From a virus (taxonomy: Duplodnaviria; Caudoviricetes): DNA of 64,000 bases. The position numbers and the translations under genes are program-made. The DNA lies in the IMG/VR virus record IMGVR_UViG_3300043754_000129, positions 192,001-256,000 of that record. One strand, given 5' to 3'. The stretch's first letter is position 1. Each line of letters begins with the position of its first letter. Under the pieces are notes generated by a model that searched no databases, was not told the DNA's origin, and saw only the letters and a program-made list of their open reading frames with translations. Of this stretch, positions 52,985 through 62,310 are shown one piece after another.

Positions 52985-54919
52985 TCAGTTAAGCGTGAAT
53001 GCGAGCGACATACTCACACCATCCATCGAACCGACGCCGTTAGAAGCAGCGCCGACCAAGACATAAACACGGTCGCCCTGATTCATTGCAAGCGATGAAC
53101 CAGAGAGCCAAGTAGATGAGGCCTTGTTGGCACTTGGAAGGAAGCTCAGCTCAGCGACAGCTGCTGCTGCCGATGTCGTCGTTGAGATATAGAACGGGAT
53201 AGCGGCTGCGGAGCCTGTTTCGGCATATCCAAACATCGCCACCAACGTCATAGCGCGCGGCGCGACGAAGCTGAAGAGCACTGTTCCAACGCCCGCCACC
53301 AGCTGTGCATTACGCAGGAAAGGCGAATTAACGTAATGCGGTGCACCCGCAAATGTTGCCAGCGCATAACGCGCATCCGACGTAGCTTGCGACATAACTG
53401 GACTGCCGCCAATTCCAAGTGTAGGTGTGTTGATAAAGGCCATCACACCGGTAGTACGGGAAATGTCGATCACGTCGCCAAGAAGGGTACCAGTGTCGTT
53501 GTAGTAGTAGATCCGCAGATCACCATTGGCTTGGTCGGTGCCGATGTTCCAACGCAGAACACCACCCTCAGTAATTTGCAACCCGCGAAACACCGTCCCC
53601 GTTGCATCTGCGATATAAGCCCCAGTAACCGTAGGGTGGCTCTTCGGCAGATAGGTACTGGCCGCATTCGTGATGGTCAGATACGCTGCCGCAGCTGCCT
53701 GTGTCGTGAGATACGCGGCTAGTGCACTGGTCAATGCGGCGCTGATAGCGGATGTGACTTGAGTCGGCGTCGAGTAGGTGGCGGCCGCATTTTGCGAGGT
53801 GAGATACGGTGCAATTGCAGCTGCTACCGCGCTTGCCATCGCCGTCTGTGTGGCATACGTCTCAGACGCATTGGAGATCGTCAGATACGTTGCTGCTGCA
53901 TCCGTAATCTTGAGGTAAAGCGACAAAGCAGCAGTAATTGCGCTAGTCACTTCCGTAGGTGTTGCAAATTCGCTTTGTGCAGCCTGAGTTGTGATGTATG
54001 GTTCGAGTGACGCTGTTAAAGCGTTCTCAAAATCCGTTTGTGTGGTGTAGGTGTTCGTTGCGTCTTGTACGGTCAGATAAGATTCCAAAGCTTGCGCAAT
54101 CAAATTCTGAACATTCGCTTTTGTACTATACGTACTGGACGCAAGATCGGTCGTCAGGTAGGGCGAGAGGTCCTGAGCGCAGCAGCAGCTAATCATCACC
54201 CATGCATCAGTACCCGCTGATCCGCTTCCTGGAACGAAGCGAAACTTGAACGTGGAGTAACCGATAATCGAAGTCGGGGCACCGATAGGTGTACCTAACG
54301 ACGAGGTGAATGAAAGTGCAGTAACCGATTCTGTAATAACAACATCGTGCGTCTCCCCAGGTGCTACTGGTTCAGGGAGAACAACTGTCAGCGCATTCAG
54401 AGCGGCCGCTGGAATAATCAAGCAAAGGGCCGTGAGCGGGCTGATTGACACAACGCCACCATCACCTGGCATCGATACAGCGGAGCCAGAGACAAATGGA
54501 TTGCCAGTGGTGAAGAGTGCACCAAGGCGATTGGATGGCGCTCCAAGACTCTGGGTACCGTCATTAACGGGCACCAAAAGACTTGAGAGGAGCTGTGGAT
54601 CGAACGATTCAGCCGTCGTCCAGGTGAGGGCTTCATCCAACGTCAGACCTGTTGGATATAGCGTACCATCGGTTCCGTTTCCAAAGCCTGGACCGAAGGA
54701 AGGATCGCCCATTGACGAATGGGGCGGGAAGGTCATTCGGAAGTTGGAGTAGCGCACCCGGTTGACTTTGAACTCCTGATGGTGTTCATTGGTAACAACC
54801 AGGTCGACGTGCCCGTCTTCCCAAACGTGAACCACTGCGGCCCTGAATTTCGTACCAGTAATCGCTTTATAATGCACAGCCTGATCGAGATTCGGGGCAC
54901 CGACTTGTGTTTTGATCAT
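52985..54919 (-). CDS. Tail-fibre-like or virion appendage protein with Ala/Thr-rich repeats
   Basis: Repeated YLT..A..TY.T...V..AI..AL units after DLSPYLT; RWNIGTD...DLRIYYY shaft-like segment; AT-richer codon usage. Confidence 0.6.
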   Translation of the reverse strand: MIKTQVGAPNLDQAVHYKAITGTKFRAAVVHVWEDGHVDLVVTNEHHQEFKVNRVRYSNFRMTFPPHSSMGDPSFGPGFGNGTDGTLYPTGLTLDEALTWTTAESFDPQLLSSLLVPVNDGTQSLGAPSNRLGALFTTGNPFVSGSAVSMPGDGGVVSISPLTALCLIIPAAALNALTVVLPEPVAPGETHDVVITESVTALSFTSSLGTPIGAPTSIIGYSTFKFRFVPGSGSAGTDAWVMISCCCAQDLSPYLTTDLASSTYSTKANVQNLIAQALESYLTVQDATNTYTTQTDFENALTASLEPYITTQAAQSEFATPTEVTSAITAALSLYLKITDAAATYLTISNASETYATQTAMASAVAAAIAPYLTSQNAAATYSTPTQVTSAISAALTSALAAYLTTQAAAAAYLTITNAASTYLPKSHPTVTGAYIADATGTVFRGLQITEGGVLRWNIGTDQANGDLRIYYYNDTGTLLGDVIDISRTTGVMAFINTPTLGIGGSPVMSQATSDARYALATFAGAPHYVNSPFLRNAQLVAGVGTVLFSFVAPRAMTLVAMFGYAETGSAAAIPFYISTTTSAAAAVAELSFLPSANKASSTWLSGSSLAMNQGDRVYVLVGAASNGVGSMDGVSMSLAFTLN

Positions 54920-55027
54920 GCTGATACTCCACTAAAAGGAGGGATAGAATGAACATCAAAAACGACATCGTGCGGCGGACAACCATAAGATTCGTGTTCA
55001 TTTTCCCCATCAAAAAAGAAGTAAATG

Positions 55028-55068
55028 GCATAGCCCCCCTCCCAAACGGGAGGGGGGCTTATACCGTC
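55028..55068. terminator. Intrinsic terminator, possibly bidirectional
   Basis: AGCCCCCCTCCC-AAAC-GGGAGGGGGGCT flanked by TATGCC and TATACCGTC tails. Confidence 0.8.
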
Positions 55069-55072
55069 GTGT

Positions 55073-55966
55073 TTAATCCGGACAGGTCAGGATCAGCCAG
55101 GCACAGACGGCCAAGATGGAATCCTGCAAGTCACTGAAAGGCACGGAGACCGTGGCGCACACTTCATCGGGTGTGCTCTGGAAGTAGAAGAAGTCACCCA
55201 CGTCGCCGGTACGCAGTTGTTCACCATCGTAACCGGTCGATTCGTTTTCGCCCCAGAACTCATGCGCGTCACAGCCGCTACCGGGCATGGAGTTCCAGAC
55301 GGCCCCTTCGTACTTCTTGACGATATCCATCACCTTCAGGATTTCGTTTGCTGCTTCGATGACCTGATTGGTCGTGAGGGTCGGAAGCGCCTGCACTTCC
55401 TTCGGTGCCTGATGCATCGAGGAATGGCGCTCATTCCAGTTCATCTTCGGCGGCACTTCGATCTGCTGCATCTGGGTGCGCGCGAAGTTCTCCACCGCAT
55501 CGACGTCGTCGTCATGGATCTGGTAGAACGCTTCGATCGCTTCTTCGGCTTCGTCCAGTTCCTTGACGTACTTCTCGATCTGACCCACGCCGTCGTACTT
55601 GCGTTGCGCGTCGAGGAAGCCCCTCGAGAAGTGATCGAGCACTTCCTTGGGTTGGTGCATCTTGCCCTGGAACGCGAGATAGTGCCAGTCACGGATATTC
55701 ACGTGATGGGCTTCGGGCTTGTAGTGCGATTCGACCCAGTCGCGATTGGCGAAGGTCTGGGCGATGTAGCTCTTCACGTGAGCGGCGCCCTTGTAGAACG
55801 CTTGGTTGATGTGCTCACGGTGCGTCTTCGGATCCATCTTGGCACGCTTGCCCCCGAAGACCTGCTTGATGATGTCGAGGAAGCCCTCGCACGCGATGAC
55901 TTCTTGCACGGGCTGAATCACCGTTGCCGGGGCACGCATCGGCGAGCCCATGAGAGTTGTTCGCAT
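55073..55966 (-). CDS. Probable protease-processed head protein
   Basis: IACE site followed by GFLDIIKQVFGG, the same propeptide plus amphipathic-helix layout as the core head proteins. Confidence 0.55.
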   Translation of the reverse strand: MRTTLMGSPMRAPATVIQPVQEVIACEGFLDIIKQVFGGKRAKMDPKTHREHINQAFYKGAAHVKSYIAQTFANRDWVESHYKPEAHHVNIRDWHYLAFQGKMHQPKEVLDHFSRGFLDAQRKYDGVGQIEKYVKELDEAEEAIEAFYQIHDDDVDAVENFARTQMQQIEVPPKMNWNERHSSMHQAPKEVQALPTLTTNQVIEAANEILKVMDIVKKYEGAVWNSMPGSGCDAHEFWGENESTGYDGEQLRTGDVGDFFYFQSTPDEVCATVSVPFSDLQDSILAVCAWLILTCPD

Positions 55967-56035
55967 TGTTTCTACCTTAAAAGGAACCAAAAAAATAAGT
56001 CGACCCCACCAAAGGATTAGGGTCGACCAAAACGC

Positions 56036-56236
56036 TTACTTCAAATCGACGTTAGACATCGGCACCGAATAGTGCCTGCCTTCGTGTTCGACTTGAAGCA
56101 GTCCGCTTCTGCACTGCTTGATGAGTGTGCTGTCCAGGCCGATAATGCGACGGATGTCGGGATCGATACCGATGTCGCGTTTCGCGTTGACGACTACCGT
56201 TTTACCGATAGCGTCCTGTACCTGTTCGGGTGTCAT
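56036..56236 (-). CDS. Small SH3-like beta protein, 66 aa
   Basis: ORF track; GAGG RBS. Confidence 0.55.
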   Translation of the reverse strand: MTPEQVQDAIGKTVVVNAKRDIGIDPDIRRIIGLDSTLIKQCRSGLLQVEHEGRHYSVPMSNVDLK

Positions 56237-56242
56237 AGGACC

Positions 56243-56716
56243 TCAGTTGTTTGCAGCCAGTTGAATGCGTTCCTCGTACGCAAGCTCCTGCACTGCCAGT
56301 TGCACCTTGCGCGCATACTTCCAACGCTCGCGTGGTGTTTCCGAATGGTAGCTGCCCACAGCGACCCAGTTATCGCCATGGAGATCGACCTTCTGCCGGT
56401 AGAGCCAAGCCGCCGTGTAGATGTTCTTACACGCGTTCATGAGATCGGCCTTGTGCACCCCGTACTTCTTCAACTCCTTCAAGTGGATGGAGTTGATTTG
56501 CATCATGCCGTAGTCAACCGAACCGTTCTTGTTGTGGTTGATCGCGTGAGGATTGTCTTGAGACTCGACCTTTGCAATGCCGCGCAAGATCACGGGTCGC
56601 ACCTTCTGGTAGTGCGCCGCAGCGTCAAAGCAATCCGCACGGCACGCTTGCGCCGTTACTGCGGTTACTGCTAGGAGGGATAGGGCGAGGACTTTCTGGA
56701 GTTTGGTTGTTCCCAT
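56243..56716 (-). CDS. Lytic transglycosylase (SLT, EtgA/IagB-like) with signal peptide
   Basis: IAKVES (catalytic E), AINHNKNGSVDYGMMQINS, VGSYHS; hydrophobic N-terminus ending AQA. Confidence 0.9.
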   Translation of the reverse strand: MGTTKLQKVLALSLLAVTAVTAQACRADCFDAAAHYQKVRPVILRGIAKVESQDNPHAINHNKNGSVDYGMMQINSIHLKELKKYGVHKADLMNACKNIYTAAWLYRQKVDLHGDNWVAVGSYHSETPRERWKYARKVQLAVQELAYEERIQLAANN

Positions 56717-56744
56717 CGTTCTGAGTTCCTTGGTTTCGACTTGG

Positions 56745-57176
56745 TTATTGTTGCGTGAGCCTTCTCAAAATACCCCGTTTGGCTTCGCGGCGTTTGCGAA
56801 CCTGCGCCTTAAAGACTTGGCGAAACGACTTCATGTCATCGCGCAGCTTCACCTTGTTTTCGGCCAGAATGCGGGCCCAGGCGACGAACTGCCACGAGTG
56901 GTGCCGTACCTTCTGAGCGCGTTCGAGCTCCTCCATGAATTCGGGGCGCGTCATCGTCTGTTGCTCTTTCTTCAGCTGGATCGACCGACTGATATTGAGC
57001 GAGTACTTCAGACTGTCGATGCTGTGCGAGCCCGTAGCACCAACCTGCGCATTGCGACTCAGCTTAAGAAAGGTGAGCTGGCTTTGCTTGTAGTTCTGCA
57101 TGCAACTACGCCACGCGGGTTGCTTGCGGCGTTCACGGTTGATGCGACGGCGCAGCCTGACTGCTTTGGACAACAT
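56745..57176 (-). CDS. Highly basic hypothetical protein
   Basis: Start MLSKAVRLRRR after GGAGG. Confidence 0.6.
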   Translation of the reverse strand: MLSKAVRLRRRINRERRKQPAWRSCMQNYKQSQLTFLKLSRNAQVGATGSHSIDSLKYSLNISRSIQLKKEQQTMTRPEFMEELERAQKVRHHSWQFVAWARILAENKVKLRDDMKSFRQVFKAQVRKRREAKRGILRRLTQQ

Positions 57177-57223
57177 AATGCCTCCTGACGGCATAAGGGG
57201 CGGACCGAAGCCCGCCCACTGCC

Positions 57224-57589
57224 TTAGTCGTGCGTGACCTTGGTGTACGTTTCCACGTCCGCCGCCAAGATGGTGCCGCACCACGCTTCGTTCTTGACGA
57301 TGATCGCCGCGTACGGACCATAGCCGTCATCCGAGCTCACCGGCGCTTCGAGGATGAACTGCTCGGTGCCTTCCGTACCCCACGGCTTCCAGCCCGTCTT
57401 CTGCTTGGCTTCCGTGTACGCCTCCAGATCGCCGAACTCCACCGTCGTCGTGTGCTTCTGCTCGAAGTGGATCACGTTGTGCAGTTCGAGTTGACGATCC
57501 GTCGATTCGCTCGACAGACGCTCACCGTGTTCTTCGGAGATGTTTTCCGGATACGGGAACGGGTAGTGGTTCGTGAGAATCAGCTTCAT
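57224..57589 (-). CDS. Hypothetical protein, 121 aa
   Basis: ORF track; AACCAAGGAG RBS. Confidence 0.7.
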   Translation of the reverse strand: MKLILTNHYPFPYPENISEEHGERLSSESTDRQLELHNVIHFEQKHTTTVEFGDLEAYTEAKQKTGWKPWGTEGTEQFILEAPVSSDDGYGPYAAIIVKNEAWCGTILAADVETYTKVTHD

Positions 57590-57614
57590 GTACGGCTCCT
57601 TGGTTGTAGTGCGT

Positions 57615-58133
57615 TTAGTGCGACAGATCGAGCGTATGCATTTCCAGCGTACGCGCGTTGTCGAGGTCGGGGAATGCCTGCTTTACTGCGGTGTGAACCG
57701 CCGGCAGCTGGGTGCTGTTAAGCGATTCGTGGCGCTTGTGCTCGCTGTAGAACTTGCTGTAGAAGAACTCGTACACCCGACGAGCCGCGAGCGGCGCTTG
57801 GGCAGCCGTCACGTTCTTGCAGCAGAACACGAACATCAGTTCCGGATGGCCGTAACGATAGAGCTTCAGATTGAAGTCACCGCCCTTAGCCACTTCTTGC
57901 TCGACCATCATCAGGTTGAGCTCACCCTCTTGCCCGTACGCGACGTATGCCGAGAGTCCCAGCAGCTGATTGTTCAGCATGCGCGAAGCGAACACCGGGT
58001 CGACAAAGGGCAGGTTATTGGGGAGCACTGACCAGCCGACTTCCGGACCCATGCGCCGGTCGAGCTCTTGACAGATCATGTCAAAGAGTTGTTCGGCACG
58101 CGGGCGATCGAGACCGAAGTTACCGATCTTCAT
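57615..58133 (-). CDS. Hypothetical protein, 172 aa
   Basis: ORF track; overlap with the upstream stop. Confidence 0.65.
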   Translation of the reverse strand: MKIGNFGLDRPRAEQLFDMICQELDRRMGPEVGWSVLPNNLPFVDPVFASRMLNNQLLGLSAYVAYGQEGELNLMMVEQEVAKGGDFNLKLYRYGHPELMFVFCCKNVTAAQAPLAARRVYEFFYSKFYSEHKRHESLNSTQLPAVHTAVKQAFPDLDNARTLEMHTLDLSH

Positions 58134-58333
58134 TTCTTCTTCTCCTTCGGCACGAACGCGTGGGGGCAGCGCGTCGGCAGGCAGGCGCGCGCCTTCATCA
58201 GGTCGCCCATGGACGGCGCCTTGGGCTTGCCGTTTTCATCCATGCACTGACCGATGAAGTCGTTGAAGTGATCCGTCACTGCACGAATGGCGTGCTCGAG
58301 CAGGATCTTCTCTTGCAAAGTCTGAGACGTCAT
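58130..58333 (-). CDS. Hypothetical protein, 67 aa
   Basis: ORF track; AACCAAGGA RBS. Confidence 0.6.
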   Translation of the reverse strand: MTSQTLQEKILLEHAIRAVTDHFNDFIGQCMDENGKPKAPSMGDLMKARACLPTRCPHAFVPKEKKK

Positions 58334-58360
58334 TGCTTTCCTTGGTTTATTGTAGATGAA

Positions 58361-58750
58361 TTACTTCTGGGCCTCGATACGCGTCTTGACCATTTCGTGC
58401 ATCTTGAGCAGCGTATCGGTGTACGTCTCGACAATTGCCGTCGAGCGCTGGACGTGAATCGAGAGTGACTCGAGACCCGTTTGCGTATCCGGCGGAAGCG
58501 AGACGAACTTCTTGCCACTGATGTTGGCAAAGTAATGCGAGAACACGAGAAGCTCCGCGGTCATACGCGAAGCCTCCCGGATGTTGTTCACCAGCATGTG
58601 CATCTTCAACTTGTCGTTGCTGATAGCACCCACGACTGCCAAGCGCGAGCTGACATGCAAGCGCAAGATGGCGTGGTTCAGTTCTTCCGGCAGCTCAGGG
58701 ACTACCGTCGCTTCGATCTTCGCAACCAATTCGTTTACGTCGAACGTCAT
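58361..58750 (-). CDS. Helical hypothetical protein, paralog of 61414-61788
   Basis: Both contain F.V..L...IEATVVPELP near the N-terminus. Confidence 0.65.
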   Translation of the reverse strand: MTFDVNELVAKIEATVVPELPEELNHAILRLHVSSRLAVVGAISNDKLKMHMLVNNIREASRMTAELLVFSHYFANISGKKFVSLPPDTQTGLESLSIHVQRSTAIVETYTDTLLKMHEMVKTRIEAQK

Positions 58751-58823
58751 GATGTCTGTCCTGTAATAGAGCACCGGAATTGATGCTCATGTTGGTGATA
58801 TATGGCTCAGTCTGCTTTGAGCC

Positions 58824-59411
58824 TTATTCGAAGAAGAAAATGCCGTGGTGGAAACCGGGCATCTTCGTATTGCCTTCCTTGTTCGTGAGCGTGCCATCGC
58901 TCCAGCGATTGTAGTCCACGCTGAGCTTGGCGATGCCTTCAAGCAACATCTCGGCGTCGTCCTCGTAGCCCGGGAAGTACTTTTCGGCCCAATCGCGCGC
59001 CCGCTCATGCGACACGGCTTCTTCGGTCGAGTCGAACCAGCCACGCATGTCGAAGAACATCATCGTCATGACAAGCGACGCTCGCGAGAGATTGCCCTGC
59101 TCGGACTTGATGCGCGTCACGCACTTCCATTCCTGCTTGCCCGGCGGCAGATCGGTGCGCTTCTTGTAAAACGAGATGTTGATGGTCATCTCACTGGCCA
59201 TCTGGCCGTCGCCGATGTTGGCCATGGCGTGGATGTCGTCGGGCATCAGGCTGATCGACGTGATCGGCTCACCGCGCACAATGAGGTTCGAGTTGTTCTC
59301 GAACATGCCGATGTTGGGCAGACCGTAGATCTTGCCACGTTCCTCGATGTCCATGATAATCTCGTGGATCGAGTCGTTCAGAAATGCGTTGTAGCTGCGA
59401 ATGATGCTCAT
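58824..59411 (-). CDS. Hypothetical protein, 195 aa
   Basis: ORF track; AAAAGGA RBS. Confidence 0.65.
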   Translation of the reverse strand: MSIIRSYNAFLNDSIHEIIMDIEERGKIYGLPNIGMFENNSNLIVRGEPITSISLMPDDIHAMANIGDGQMASEMTINISFYKKRTDLPPGKQEWKCVTRIKSEQGNLSRASLVMTMMFFDMRGWFDSTEEAVSHERARDWAEKYFPGYEDDAEMLLEGIAKLSVDYNRWSDGTLTNKEGNTKMPGFHHGIFFFE

Positions 59412-59920
59412 GCGACTTCCTTTTCTTTTAGTCGTTCGCCAGCCATGTAGGCGACGAGGAGTTGAACTACTTGACGAATGCGCGAACCTTCATCGGCAGT
59501 GATGTCGATCGGCCAGTTGGTCTGCTCGAACAGATCTGCCGGGTCCGTGTAGACGACAGGGGCGTAGGTCGAATTCAGGAACCACCATGCAGCGAGTACT
59601 GCTGCCACGCGATGGTCACGCGGTCCAATGCGGTACTCCATGCACTGGCCTTCTTTCGCCGCATTCAGATAGAAGCGCATCTGAAGCGACTCACCGGGTG
59701 CGCGCGGCGGGTAGTAGAACGTCACCCCAGCGACAGCACCCGGACGGTTCGATTCGATCGCCGTGAACGAGACTTCGATCACGTCCGTGGCCAAACGAAT
59801 GCGGGTGCCCGCGGCTGTCGCCAAACGCATCTTGACCGGCATGTGCATGTCCATGAAACACGTCATGATCCGGTCGATGTCCCCGAATATGCGGGTGTGG
59901 TTGATTTGAATCTGTTCCAT
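59408..59920 (-). CDS. Hypothetical protein, 170 aa
   Basis: ORF track. Confidence 0.65.
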   Translation of the reverse strand: MEQIQINHTRIFGDIDRIMTCFMDMHMPVKMRLATAAGTRIRLATDVIEVSFTAIESNRPGAVAGVTFYYPPRAPGESLQMRFYLNAAKEGQCMEYRIGPRDHRVAAVLAAWWFLNSTYAPVVYTDPADLFEQTNWPIDITADEGSRIRQVVQLLVAYMAGERLKEKEVA

Positions 59921-59925
59921 GTTGG

Positions 59926-60060
59926 TTATGCGAAAATCCAGTAGACGAGCAACCCGAGAAAGATCACGAGCAGGGAGAGAAGCCCGCTGGCTTCAATGAG
60001 GCACGCGTAGGCGAGGATGTCCCCGACTACGTCGTACCAGCGGCGACGGTAGAAGCTCAT
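59926..60060 (-). CDS. Small membrane protein
   Basis: MSFYRRRWYDVVGDILAYACLIEASGLLSLLVIFLGLLVYWIFA; ATGA overlap with the upstream stop. Confidence 0.55.
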   Translation of the reverse strand: MSFYRRRWYDVVGDILAYACLIEASGLLSLLVIFLGLLVYWIFA

Positions 60061-60683
60061 ACCGAGTAGAACACGCGCTTGTCTTCGAGGAATTCCGTCA
60101 CGGCCCACGTGTACGCTTTCACGTCGTCATCGTAGTCCATGTCCGGATCGCACCACGTGAAGCTCCACTCCATGGCTTCGCACAGCTGCCAGAAGCGACT
60201 CGCCATGCCACCCGTGAAGATCTTCTCGAAGGCCGCCTTCCAGCCATCGTGACCCTTCGCGCCGTAACGCAGCTCGGTCATCTCGTGTTCGAGGATCAGC
60301 ATCTGACGGAACAGATCGCGTTCGTACTCCGTCTTGTTCGCACCCATCATCGAGACTTTGATGAAGAAACCTTCACCATTGTTCTTGCTGTCGGGGGCGA
60401 AGTCGGGGAGCAGGTTGTGCGGGTCGCTAAAGTCGTGCGCAGTGCCCGTAGAACGGCCGCGGTCGCTGTCGCGGTTGTAGCGAGCACCCAAGTGAGGGGC
60501 TTCCGCGTCGTCGCCTTGTACGGTCTCGTAGCCCTTGTGCTGGTCGTTGACCTTGACGATCTTCACCATCTTGCCGTCACGCCGGGGATAGCTCTTACCC
60601 AGTTCGAACGGCAGGCTCCCCTCGATCGAGTAGCAGGGGCTTTCACGCATTGCGATAGCGCGTGCCAGAGTGGTTGAGGTCAT
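60057..60683 (-). CDS. Hypothetical protein, 208 aa
   Basis: ORF track. Confidence 0.65.
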   Translation of the reverse strand: MTSTTLARAIAMRESPCYSIEGSLPFELGKSYPRRDGKMVKIVKVNDQHKGYETVQGDDAEAPHLGARYNRDSDRGRSTGTAHDFSDPHNLLPDFAPDSKNNGEGFFIKVSMMGANKTEYERDLFRQMLILEHEMTELRYGAKGHDGWKAAFEKIFTGGMASRFWQLCEAMEWSFTWCDPDMDYDDDVKAYTWAVTEFLEDKRVFYSV

Positions 60684-60696
60684 GTTGGTTCTCTTT

Positions 60697-60978
60697 TTAA
60701 TAAGAAGGGGGTTGGGTGAGGAACAGCGAGAGGATGCCAGTCAGCAGAAAAACCATGCCGCTCGCAAACCACGCATAACGCATCTGTTTGTTCCCCGGGG
60801 GTTCGTTCTCTTCAATGTCGACGTGACTGGTCGTGACTTGCCGCATGCCGTACGTGATCGTTTCCGAATACGTCACCACGTTCATCTCACGCCGGAAGTC
60901 TGCGCGGATGTACATGGCCATGCTGGCGATCCCACAGGTCAGGCAGATCGCCATAATCCACATTTCAGTTACCGGCAT
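60697..60978 (-). CDS. Two-TM membrane protein
   Basis: Two hydrophobic segments; AAGGA RBS. Confidence 0.65.
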   Translation of the reverse strand: MPVTEMWIMAICLTCGIASMAMYIRADFRREMNVVTYSETITYGMRQVTTSHVDIEENEPPGNKQMRYAWFASGMVFLLTGILSLFLTQPPSY

Positions 60979-60981
60979 TCC

Positions 60982-61404
60982 TTACTCCAGAAAAGCGTCC
61001 ACGGACACACAGAAGCGTGCAGCCAACTTGATTGCCGAAGCCTTGCTCAGGTTACGACGCCCGCTCAGGAAGTCACTGACGACCGACGGATGCATGCAGT
61101 CAGACAGATCCTTCTGTTTGAGCTTGTGCGCCTCCATCAGGTATTTCAGGAGTTCACGCGGCGTTGCGACAGGCGGTTCACTCTGCTTGTCCCAGCCGTA
61201 GATCAGTTCCGTGGCGATCACGTACAGATCGTGCAGCTCGTGGCCTTCCACATGCGCGCCCAAATCGACGAGACCATTGGCGTGCTGCACCATCACGTTG
61301 TACTCTTCCGGCGTACGGATGACCTTCAGCGGGAAGAAGGCGAGGAAGTCCTTGTAGGCCTGCAACACATTGCCGATGACCAGTTTCTTTTCTACCGTCG
61401 ACAT
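60982..61404 (-). CDS. higA: HigA-like antitoxin / Cro-C1 HTH protein, orphan
   Basis: I.T.EEY...L.L...LI..W...P..ATPRELLKYLME..LKQKDL...SVVSDFLSGRRNLS..AIKLA..F. Confidence 0.8.
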   Translation of the reverse strand: MSTVEKKLVIGNVLQAYKDFLAFFPLKVIRTPEEYNVMVQHANGLVDLGAHVEGHELHDLYVIATELIYGWDKQSEPPVATPRELLKYLMEAHKLKQKDLSDCMHPSVVSDFLSGRRNLSKASAIKLAARFCVSVDAFLE

Positions 61405-61413
61405 ACTGACTCC

Positions 61414-61788
61414 TTATTTGATGGGCTTGCCGATCACAGCGGCCATGGTGAGGACGTACACGTGCGCAATCGCTGCGCTACGTTGCACGAGCGTATTCAG
61501 ATGCGTCATCGCCACTTTTTGTTCATCCGAGAACTTATTGAACTTGTCGATGGTGATGTTGCCCACATACGTCGTGAATTCCATCATGCTCTGGTTCAGA
61601 CGCTGGGCTTCGATCAACGCCGTCAGACAGAGGTGCTTGCGCTCTTCCTCGCTCGTGACGAGGATGATCTGGCTGAGTACCGCGGCGACGTAGCGCTCCA
61701 GTTGGATGGGGTGATGATCGTGGGGAAGCTCCGGCACCACTGTGGCTTCAATCTGATCCAGCAGTGCCTGCACATTGAACTCTTTCAT
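61414..61788 (-). CDS. Helical hypothetical protein, paralog of 58361-58750
   Basis: MKEFNVQALLDQIEATVVPELP; AGGAG RBS. Confidence 0.65.
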   Translation of the reverse strand: MKEFNVQALLDQIEATVVPELPHDHHPIQLERYVAAVLSQIILVTSEEERKHLCLTALIEAQRLNQSMMEFTTYVGNITIDKFNKFSDEQKVAMTHLNTLVQRSAAIAHVYVLTMAAVIGKPIK

Positions 61789-61796
61789 GTCGGCTC

Positions 61797-62222
61797 CTAG
61801 TTGTGAGCAATGGCCCAAGCAAGCGCCATGAGTTCGCTGCGGTTGTGTTGTGTTTCGAGAGCGGCATTCACGAGCAGCACCCGTTCTCGCCATTTGATCT
61901 GTTCGCGAACCCAAAGCGTAGTCTTCCTACAGCTCGCAGCGACTATAGACACTGACATGTCGTGCGTGCGAATAGCCTCGTAGAGCAAGGCTGAGACCTG
62001 TGCTTCCAGATTAGCCGTGTACCTGATGATCTGCTCGATATCCATGCCACGTGCAATCAGTTCCTCGTCCGTCTTCGCGAACAGTTTTTCGTTGGTGCGG
62101 TTGGCGAGCTGATCGCGCTCACTCATGATGGAATTGAGTGCTCCACCTTCGTGCATGTGACTAAGTGCCGTACGGATGCGGCGAAACAGAAACTGCCATG
62201 CGAGTTGTTCTTGCTTGGTCAC
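61797..62222 (-). CDS. Hypothetical protein, 141 aa
   Basis: ORF track; AACCAAGGAG RBS with GTG start. Confidence 0.65.
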   Translation of the reverse strand: MTKQEQLAWQFLFRRIRTALSHMHEGGALNSIMSERDQLANRTNEKLFAKTDEELIARGMDIEQIIRYTANLEAQVSALLYEAIRTHDMSVSIVAASCRKTTLWVREQIKWRERVLLVNAALETQHNRSELMALAWAIAHN

Positions 62223-62310
62223 GATGAAGCTCCTTGGTTTGTAGGTTATTAAAATACTAAAATCATGTGGTGATATTCACCAGCCCCTTTACAACCGTAA
62301 GGACTGTTTC

